DNA of 64,000 nucleotides from Lytechinus pictus (Eukaryota): NCBI RefSeq assembly GCF_037042905.1, contig NC_087252.1, positions 22,136,001 to 22,200,000 of the forward strand, read 5' to 3'. Shown piece by piece: positions 40,332 to 49,865 of this stretch (position 1 is its first letter; each line of letters starts with the position of its first letter). The notes under the pieces were generated by a model. It saw only the letters and a program-made list of their open reading frames with translations, ran no database searches and was not told where the DNA came from. The position numbers and the translations under genes were made by a program.

Positions 40332-42799
40332 ATGGATTTAATACTTTTTGCATGTAGAATGACAATGCTCGCTCTCTCTCTCCCTCACCCATCATCACTA
40401 CCTGTACATGTGTGTGCAAGATAAATTATGAGGAACAATTGCATAGCATATGAAGTGATGTTTCTCAACCAGAGATTCCTTATATATTACTGTCTATTGT
40501 TGCATGTTTGCAGTTTTGTTCATCATATTAACCCATCTTGAGCCTTTTACCCCCCCCCCCCATGATAAAAACCTAGTAGTCAAATGACGTTTCCCTTTGA
40601 TTTTCTTTTGATATACTTGCAATGTATACATGTGAGGAAAAAATATAGTGCGAAACATTTTTTGAAAATTTCAATTTAATTTATTCCTTCAGGTGAGGCT
40701 TTGTCCACATTTCCAGAAAGACACAAGATAGTATCAGAAAGCCATGCCAAATTCAACGACTGAAGGGTTTGGAGAGCCAGACAAAGAGCCTAGAAATGTG
40801 ATTTCACCCGTAAGTTAAACACTCTTGATCATAATTTTGATTCACTTTGGCATATAAAGTAAGTCACCTAATAACAATTTGAATGATTTTTGTCTTCTTG
40901 ATTTGCTCTTCGTCAAGAATCCAGTCCATATTTTAGAAGTAAAGTTTGAGGTGTTAAATTAATATATTTCTTTTACAGCTGCAAAAAAAAAAAAACAATA
41001 TCAATCATTGGTAGATAATGTGACTTGCTTTCTCTTGCCAAATTGGTACATGAATATTCTGCATTTCTACCACTACCACCTAAGATGCAACATGTCAAAT
41101 TACTGCAAAAACATAGATGCTAGTTATTCACTTTATCATATTTTTTATTATTAATTTGTCAGTTAAGGAGTAAAAGGACTTAGGGAGATTACCCAAAGAA
41201 GCTCACAGATTTTTTTTTTTTACTGGTAGACCCTTTACATTCATTTGATGAATTGAGTTGATGCAAAATCAACTGAATGTACAAAATCCTGTTAATAAAC
41301 CTTACTAGGTGAGGCTATTCTGGTAGATCATCCCGGGGGTGCCTGAGGATCTTGTCCATTTTGAGAAATCTTGCAAAGTATTAAAAGGTGCCTCCACCCC
41401 CACCCCTGTCTATTAAAGGTTAACAATGAAAGTGAAATTAGGAATAACTTTGGTATCTTGCTTATATGCATTATAAATTAACTACTATTTCAGGTACTTC
41501 AATCACATGAACAGCAGCAGGAGCAAAAACAGCAGCAACAGGAGATGTAACGACTGACCAACAGCAACAACAACAGCAGCATCAACAATTTCTGCAGGAG
41601 ATGCAAAAACCACTCCGGCAACCTCAACAACGACCACTCCGGGAACGTTAACAGCAACCACAACTTCAGCAAGCGTTTCAACAAACACATCAGCAAAAAC
41701 CAACAGCAGCAGCAACAACAGCACTTATGAAATGAATTTAATTGAAACTCAAAAGCCAATGAGGAAACATCTTTTACAAAATGAGACATCATTTATTCAT
41801 TCTTTTACAGGATAAAGAAAAGCTTTTTTGAAAGTGTAGATTTGCAGGAACACAATGTATGTTCCCTATGTATCTATTTATTGAAATAAATTTGACTTTA
41901 AAAAGAATGATTGATGATTCAATAAATATCTACTTTTTATTTGTCAATGAGTAAAAATACATGTATTTTTTATTTAGAATGACAAAAAGCAATTTATCAA
42001 ATCAAAATCATCAAAAAATTGACCAATATGGCTCTTAGGCCCTCAAAATAGTTGGTATTTTGATGAAAAAGCTGTTTCTGCGGCAATATTTGACACAGCT
42101 CAAATAGCTGCGTCAAATTTGCCGCAGAAATTGTCATTTGCCGCAGCTCCTTGAGCTGCGTCAAATATTGCCGCTGAAATTGTCATTTGCCGCAGAAAGT
42201 ATCTGCGGCAAAGTTTTATGAAATGGAAACTTGCCGCTGTTTTGAGATTTGCCGCAGAAACACAGATTTGCCGCAGAAAATGGGAGTTGCCGCTGCGGCA
42301 AATGTTTTATGAAACGGGCCCCTGGACTTCTACTCATGCTGTATTCTCCTTCGTTTTGTACTTTTGTTTTTACTCTTGTCTTATCATTATTATTACTGCT
42401 TACTAAATTAACTTTTGCTGTTGTCCGAATTCTAGGTTTTTCATCTCCTTCGGGATCTCCTTGTAGTTGTACATACAAACGCCACTGCAAAAGCATGTTC
42501 GGATTTACTTCATGACTGCTCTCTGTACAAGTGCCGTGGCCGTGTAGCCACTGCTCTGTGCTGGAGTTTGGTGGCTGGACTGTGTTGCATGCGGTGGTGA
42601 TGTGTATAGACTCTTCCCTAGTCGCTTTGTAGCTATTTTTGCGAAGATTGCCTTCGCCAGGGTGTAAAACGGAAACGCGCCGCCGGAAAAAAGGAGCAAA
42701 ATACGGGACAATCCCGGGTAATACGGGACGTCTGGTCACCCTGAACAAGTTACAACAATGATAATAATAATATAATATCGCAGTTCTTGTCTGGCGCAC

Positions 42800-43278
42800 C
42801 GGATACATTCGTAATTCCGAAGCTTCGTTATTCCGAAGGTTCGCTATTCCGAAGGTTCGTATTTCCGAAGGTTCGTAATTCCGAAGGTTCGTTAGTCCGA
42901 AAACGAAATGAGGTTCGTAATTCCGAAGGTTCGTTAGTCCGAAAACGAAGTGAGGTTCGTCACTCCGAAGGTTCGTTAATCCGAAAAATAAATGAGGTTC
43001 GTAATTCCAAAGGTTCGTTAGTCCGAAAACTAAATGATTAACTAACCTTATTTCGTTTTCGGACTAACGAACCTTCGGAACAAAGAACCTTATTTCGTTT
43101 TCGGATTAACGAACCTTCGGAACATCGAACCTTACTTCGTTTTCGGATTATCGAACCTTCGGAATAAAGCCACAAATGTTCGGATTAACGAACCCTTTTA
43201 CGTTTTCGGATTAACGAACATCGAGGTATAGGCAATTTACGTGTTTCGGAATTACGAACCTACCGAATAAAGAACCTT
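42800..43278. mobile_element. MuDR-like foldback MITE built from ttccgaaggttcg subrepeats
   Basis: Inverted arrays of ttccgaaggttcg / cgaaccttcggaa; 9-bp TSD ctggcgcac/ctggcgctc. Confidence 0.72.
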
Positions 43279-44752
43279 CGGAATTACGAAGTGCAACCCT
43301 GGCGCTCATCACGTAGTGCCCCTATGCCCTTCTAAAAGATTTGAATATTATCATCCCGTCTTTATGACTGACCAACAACAAAAAAATGATAGTAATGGAA
43401 ATAACTATGATGATAATAAGAGTGATGACAAAAATGATCACGACATTTTCATTTCAGTAATGAAAATTATAATGGATGACTACATTGGTAGTGATAATAC
43501 ATTACCGGAGGAGATAGGTTGAGTGTAGATAGGGTTCATTCATGCCATGACCCGATAATGGCGAGTTATCGCACCGCCACGCAGAGCTCTTTCAAGAACA
43601 TGGACAATATATGGTTGAATGCCATTCATAACGATGAACAACCAAGAAGACTTTGTCGAAAAAATGGTGGATCAAAGCAGCAGTTTCGTCTAGGAGTCTG
43701 AACAATGGACATATTTGAAATGTTTGTCTGCTCCATAACTTAGGACCAATTAACTGCTAATCCGGTTCACCGATTCTCGACAAAGACCTCCTAGCTGTTC
43801 ATTGTCATTTGACGGACATTTTCAATACTTTTACTGTGTTCTGTAATTCGTTTCTAAGTGGCGGTGCGGAAAAAGTCGCTAGATTCAGATTCAGATTTAT
43901 TTCCAACAGAAATGACCTAAATCTTAATATAAACCATTTTCACGCATTTATATAAAAAAAAATACGATACAAATCATTGTCATTATAATCATATTAAAAA
44001 AACATCAATAATAATTAACATTTAAAAATGAAATTACGTGCATTTTGTAGAATTATGAATATATAATTTAAATAGAAAAAAAGGTATCTGTGGAAATGGG
44101 AGATTCACTCAAAAGCACATCTTGTATAATGTGAATCTCCATATAGGAAGAGAAAGAGAGAGAGAGAGAGAGACGAAATTGTTTCTATTTGCCTACGGAG
44201 ACTCACTGAATACATTAAAACGAACAAGATAACCCACAGAACAAGACAAAAATAAAAAAGAGATAAAAAAAACAGGAAAGTAAAAATAATCATAGGTTCA
44301 TTACCACCATTACCTAACGTAATCATACGAATGACAAAAAAGAGTAATTTTCCTGCACGTACTTAGAACACATGCTGGGAGAAGGGAAATATCCTCGATT
44401 GATGCAAAAAAAATGACTTTGGATGTCAACTCTCATTCATTTACTCCTCTGATAACCAAAATAGTTTTGTTCACTTTAAAACAACCCTTTTCCTCGAGGG
44501 GGAGGGGGCTATCCAGCGAAATTCGGACAATGCTGACGGGGTGGGAGGGGGGGGGGTACAAAATGAATCCTCAACCGTTGGCACGAGGTCAAATTATCAT
44601 AATGTAGACATTTTTTCACGATTTATGGGAACGGAGTGGGGCATAAATCCGTTAAAAAGGGATAAAAATATCATGAAGAGCCTTAGTAAAACTTGTTCTA
44701 ACTGAGCCACCCCCCCAAAAAAAGGATAAAATAACAGGGGAAAACACTATAC

Positions 44753-44835
44753 CTCCGTTATATCGGTTTCAATGGCGCTCAAGGCATCCACAGCAGCTTG
44801 GCATGCATCACAAATAGGTGTACCTTGTGCATGAT
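44753..44835 (-). CDS. Saposin precursor exon 2 (SapB-1 N-half)
   Basis: ttttcag|AT... gives (D)HAQGTPICDACQAAVDALSAIETDITE|gtatag. Contains CxxC. A likely signal cleavage site follows AQG. Confidence 0.82.
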
Positions 44836-45800
44836 CTGAAAAAGAGAAGGTAAAAAGGTGTCAAGAACAAGATTAGTAACTGTTGTGGTTGGTGTCCATG
44901 TAGGTCACAGACGTACTAAGGGAAAGTCGAGGTAAATGAAATAATGGTCTGTAAGAAAAAAATCAATCAAATTTTCCCTTAGGGCGTCTTTATTATCATG
45001 ACTCAATTAAGTCAACAGTATCAACGCAGAGCGCAAAGCGCAAATGATTAAAAAGAAAGTGCGAAGCGCAGCAGGACGAACAAATGTATTAAGAGATATA
45101 GAAACATGAGAAAAGGGGGTAATTGGGAAGAAAGAAATAAAAAAAGACGGGGAGGCGAAAGAATACTAAGAGAATAGAAAAAGCGAACTATCAGAAGAGG
45201 GGAAAGTGAAAATATGAGGAAAGGGGAAAGGATATAAATGAAAAAAAGAGAGAAAGGATAACAAACGAAAAAAGGGAAAGAAATAACGAGAGATGTTATG
45301 AGACTCTGAACCGGAGATGTAAAACAAAATAACATCTGAGTGTGATTTCTTGCATGATCAGCCCCACACATTCTCCGATTTTAAAACCGCCCCACGACCC
45401 CTTATAATAATAATCCGCTTTTTACATAGCGCTTAATACAATCGGAACGACGTGTCTCAGCGCTTTACATATATATTATTACCCCGGTCATCGGATTCAA
45501 TCAGTCATTCCCGCACACAATGTATGCACATCCTCCACTCCCTTAGGAGTATTCCAGACAGTCGCCGGTGAGGCGCACACAGTACTGGACAAGCTACAAT
45601 GACTTTCACATCCTACCGGGTACCCATGTAGCACCTGGGTCGAGAGTGGCAAAGTGTGGATTAATGCCTTGCCAAAGGACACCAGACCGCGGTGGGATTC
45701 GAAAACACGACCCTCTATTTACAAGGTGAGAGTCAGAACCACTACACGACTTCTCCTCCCCCTTAATAATCTGATCACACAGAATAAGAGAACATCCTAC

Positions 45801-45861
45801 CTGTTCCTATGAGAAGGACTGCAAACACTACAGCGCTGGTGAAGAACACGGCCTTCGTCAT
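45801..45861 (-). CDS. Saposin precursor exon 1 (signal peptide)
   Basis: ATG gives MTKAVFFTSAVVFAVLLIGT, then G|gtagga (phase 1). Basic N-region and hydrophobic core. A candidate 5'UTR acceptor lies at about 46100. Confidence 0.8.
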
Positions 45862-46622
45862 GATGGAGGTCTAAATCTTGTGAAACTGGTTGAAAACTGT
45901 CTTCTTGGAGAAATAAAGTCTTGATACCAGAATGAGGTTGAGCCTGTTATTTGGTCACATTTATACATCTCATCTGATGAATTTCTGGCAGCGATTCAAC
46001 ACCCACCGGATAGGCCCCTACCCTCTCTTGATGCTCTAAATATCCGAAGTGAATTAGGGTGTACTTTTGTTTTTTGACACAGCATAGCCGTTGAACCTCC
46101 TGGAGAAAAAAAAACATAATAAAACTATAAAAAGTTTTAAAAGAAAAGTCATACACCTTTCGTTTCAAATTGGTAATCCGTTGGAAACATTTGTGTTTAA
46201 TACTGATGCTGCACTCAGTGTATCCCAAAAGAATAGGAAATAAAAACATTTGAATAGAAATCCAGGTTAAAAATTCAAAATAAATACCCAATTTGAACAT
46301 ACTTTCCTGTATATGATCCTACTGATTGTACGCCAACCATTGTTTAATAAAATCAAGTAATTATTGGGGATTTTTATTTCCAAATGTTTTATTTCCTATA
46401 CTCTTTTGGGGTAGCATTTTTAAAATAGAAAATAGACATATATATACGGTGCATATTAATAGAAACCGATATCTTTAGTAATGAATTAAACAATTATTTT
46501 TTCCTTTTCATGTTGTATAGTATGATAGCACAAAACCTTCACAAGAATGCTTTCACATAATTATATATTTTCTTTAATCCATAAATATCGGTTAAAACGT
46601 AATTGACTCCGACATATATGTA

Positions 46623-47459
46623 GGGGAAGGCGGGGTAAGTTGTGACACTTTTTGCTTTTTGCATGTAAGAATTGATATGATTAATGATCTTGAAGAAATA
46701 AGTACCTTGCCTTAAAATCTAATTCTTCTGAAATATTTTTCACCTATATATAACTTTCTACCCCCAAACTGAAAGTCACTGTCACCTTTGAAAAAAGAGA
46801 TGTCAAATTGCTCAACTTGTCCCATCTGTGGGGTAAGTTGAGCCACCTTCTGGGGTAAGTTCAGCCACAAAAACTATGTACAAAATGTGTGGGGTAAGAA
46901 CCACCATGTCAATTTTTTTTATTTAAAGTCTTTTCACTCGCTTATTCTCTATAAATAGCAACATCCTTTAAAAGGAAAAGAACCGTCATGTAAATTTGCT
47001 CCTTTCTGCCTGCATATCGATGGCTTTTTAAGGTTTTTTTTTTTTTTATACATACATTACCATAAGAATTACCATGGCTCAACTTACCCCAGTCCTAACT
47101 TAATGCGATAATTTTGCATCCACACATTTCTTATGCATCCATCATGTAAAAAACTACGACAAAAATGAAGATTCATACCTGGACTAACAATGTTGTTCTT
47201 ATGTCTTTATTATATTTAAAGACGTGTGCGTGTAAAAAGCACTTATCTATTTCACACCCTTTTTTACTTTTTTGGTTGAAATTTGTATTTTTCCCTCTAA
47301 AATAGTACTTTTTTTTCAAAGTTGAAAAAATGTGGTGGGGTTAGGGGTTATGCGATGGGTCATCAATACATGGAACCACCACGATGTCCGCCTCATTCAT
47401 TATTGACCAGGGGGTGGTGGCTCAACTTGCCCCTATGCTCAACTTACCCCGCCTTCCCC
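46623..47459. mobile_element. Tc1/mariner-pogo-type MITE upstream of the saposin gene ATG
   Basis: GGGGAAGGCGGGGTAAGTTG / CAACTTACCCCGCCTTCCCC; TA on both sides. Confidence 0.82.
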
Positions 47460-47469
47460 TATATATATA

Positions 47470-47535
47470 CTGGATCAAAGCTATTGCTTTGATACAGTAC
47501 ACGTGTACTGTATCAAAGCAATAGCTTTGATCCAG
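47470..47535. repeat. Perfect 66-bp palindrome with no spacer
   Basis: ctggatcaaagctattgctttgatacagtacac|gtgtactgtatcaaagcaatagctttgatccag. Confidence 0.95.
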
Positions 47536-47639
47536 CTGATTGTACAAAACCCACCTACACCCGACAAAGGAAATTAAAATTGGTATAGTGTCGAAAATTT
47601 GACGGTCAATCGGATCGGGGTCGCCCTAGCCACTAACCC

Positions 47640-47711
47640 GTCTCTGTGGACTAGTGGTTAAGGCACCGGCGTTCAAAGCTGGGGGCCCGGGTTCGATTCC
47701 CGGCAGAGACA
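47640..47711 (+). tRNA. tRNA-like gene with UCA anticodon (canonical 7/5 fold, probably repeat-borne or pseudo)
   Basis: Acceptor GTCTCTG/CAGAGAC; D-arm GACT-AGTGGTTA-AGGC with one mismatch; anticodon stem CCGGC/GCTGG, loop GTTCAAA; 4-nt variable loop; T-arm CCGGG-TTCGATT-CCCGG; followed by T7. Confidence 0.62.
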
Positions 47712-49752
47712 TTTTTTTCGGCATCACCAACTTTTCCAAAGGGTAGATAGCTCTGGGGAACCTTGATTTAACCTACGCCTACCATTGTTCTCTTCATCCA
47801 TTTCTTTCACACTATATATACATGTATTATATCAGTCCCTGTCTGTTTTACCATATTGTGCATATTCTTATGTGTATTAATATATATATGTATATATATT
47901 AATACACACAAGAATATTCTTATGTGTATTAATATATATATGTATATATATTAATACACACAAGAATATGCACAATATGGTAAAACAGACTATATATATT
48001 AATACACACAAGAATATGCACAATATGGTAAAACAGACAGGGACTGATAAAATACTGGACGTTCGGGTAAATGATTACTCCAGTGTAGGCACACCATTTC
48101 GAAAAGTTCATCCTTATTTTAAATGATTTTTAAAGTGACATTTTACACACGAGTCCATGGGAAATGTTTTAGGCCCGTGAAACCTCGGGGGGTTTTCTCG
48201 AATGGTCGCGTACGCCATCTCAAGACACGACGCGACCACCTGTGACTCGATCTGTCGATGGGATGGGACAAGCCGCGGTGGTTAAGAACATTGTTTTCAT
48301 ATGTAAACCATGTATTAATATTTCTTTGGAGAAAGACTTGGGGGAAGAGAATGAAGTTGGGGTTGTTATTCAGTTACATTTATGCAACTCTGAGAACAAT
48401 GGCTGGCAATGAATCAAGAACGGATTCCACAGAATGCTTACCATGGCAAAAATACACAGGCCTATAGGGCTTATGTACATCCGTTACTGCTTACGATCAG
48501 GATGATGATTGCCGAACATTCTGGAGGACCGAACATTATAATCATGAGCTGATAGCATGTCGGCGGAACCTGGGGGGGGGGGGGGACAATTGCCCCTTAA
48601 AAAAGAGAAAAAAATCACAACGAAACTACGTTTTTTAAAAATATGTATTGTAATAATGATATAGGATTTGTATAGCGCATGTATCCACCTTGCTAGGTGC
48701 TCAAGGCGCTCCTATATTACCCCGGCTAAGCTAGTCTACCGATTCTGGTGCGCACAGCTTTTTGATGAACCTCACCTGGGTCGAGTGCAGCACAGTGTGG
48801 ATACATTTCTTGCTGAAGGAAAACCCGCCATGGCTATGATTCGAACTCACGACCCTCTGTTTGAAAGGCGAGAGTCAGAACCATGAGACCACGACGCACC
48901 CATATATATATGACATCTCTGCCTTCCAGAAAGTGTTACTCATTGCTTCCCAATATCAATCCATTTGATGTAGAAAAGATTTTCCTAACTGTTCTTAACG
49001 CCACAGCAATTGACAGACATGTCAGAGTTGTATTTAGGCCCAAAATAACAATCTTAGGGTAAAAATATATGTTTGCACCAAAATGCCCCCTTTGTAATAC
49101 AAGTGCCCATTTCGGATTTGTCCCCCCCCCCCGTCTCAGAAAAAAAATGCTCGAAATGCTTACCAAAGAAAAAATTAGTATTCTTTTTTTCTTCATATTA
49201 TACATCAATCGGAAAAAAACCCTCTTTGTTCAGTTTTGACCCACAGGCCTACATCTGAAGATCTAATTACGACATTTCATTGGAACAATGGTTGGCATGA
49301 AACCAACAGGATCAAACAGGAATTAAAGTCACAGATCCGTCTTCTCAAATTTATTATCTATTGGGAAATACCTTATTCATTTATTATTATTATTTTTTTT
49401 GGAGGGAAGGGGGCACTAGTTATAATTAACTGAGATATATGTGTTACACTAAACATTTCTTATTTTCAATAAAGAAATTGAAAACAGATTTTGCATGTTT
49501 CATTGCATACAAATCGTTAGTGGATTAAGTGTACTTCGCTTGAAAACACGAGGGTTATATTTTTTCACATTCCACTAACAATTTTTAGTTAGAAATTGTT
49601 CAGTTCGGTGACGTGGAATAGACGTGCTTAGATCAAAATCAATATACGAAAAGTGATGAGAAGTTTTTTTTTTAGCTTTGGCACGCGGAGCAAGTCAGTG
49701 CATTACAAAAGAATAAAACAAAAGATGGAATCGAGTTATCGATGCTTCAGAG

Positions 49753-49865
49753 GAGGTGCCGTGACCGAGTGGTCTAAGGCGCTTGTTTGGAGATCCGAGA
49801 ATCGAGGGTTCGATTCCCGAAACGGCACTTATGCCCTTGAGCAAGGCATTTTATCCACATTGCTG
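49753..49865 (+). mobile_element. tRNA-derived SINE head
   Basis: ggtgccgtgaccgagtggtctaaggcg...gggttcgattcccg...cggcac followed by core tgcccttgagcaaggcattt. Confidence 0.7.

Larger units (their letters stand above)
38896..41750 (+). pseudogene. Decayed spliced ORF inside the Harbinger element (exon-like blocks 38896-39243, 40693-40809, 41494-~41750)
   Basis: GC-richer blocks bounded by AG/GT. They give a Thr/Ala-rich stretch, then coiled-coil-like DQLLQLEKDR/QLQSQG..NELVAEYLATVVEMQR, then a Gln-rich tail with stops and frameshifts. AATAAA follows downstream. Confidence 0.5.
36668..42321 (+). mobile_element. 5.65 kb PIF/Harbinger-like element
   Basis: TIR GGGCCCGTTTCATAAAAC at both ends, CWG target duplication (CAG/CTG), subterminal tgccgcag repeats, internal decayed spliced ORF. 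Confidence 0.8.
36585..42679. mobile_element. Internally deleted, inverted second copy of element A (about 440 bp) containing a Harbinger insertion
   Basis: Same TIRs; 36630-36667 plus 42322-42679 align in reverse to 31164-31545. Confidence 0.72.
29275..42743. mobile_element. hAT (Blackjack-like) non-autonomous element expanded by nested insertions
   Basis: TIRs CAGGGTGATCAGA / TCTGGTCACCCTG; subterminal aaatacgggaca motifs at 29300, 31135 and 42698. The TSD only partly matches (aacaacaa/aacaagtt). Confidence 0.7.
13685..45861 (-). other. Gene span: secreted two-saposin-domain precursor with an embedded cationic amphipathic peptide (9 coding exons, 843 nt, 280 aa)
   Basis: Nine exons with GT-AG boundaries and compatible phases join into one stop-free ORF from ATG to TAG. 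The product has a signal peptide and two six-Cys saposin-B-like patterns. Confidence 0.85.

Noticed and set aside
42161..42808. 215-aa ORF
   Set aside because: It crosses the boundaries of several different transposon ends, so it is a chance open frame.
47640..47711. Calling this the selenocysteine tRNA
   Set aside because: It lacks the long variable arm and 9/4 acceptor-T geometry of eukaryotic tRNA-Sec.
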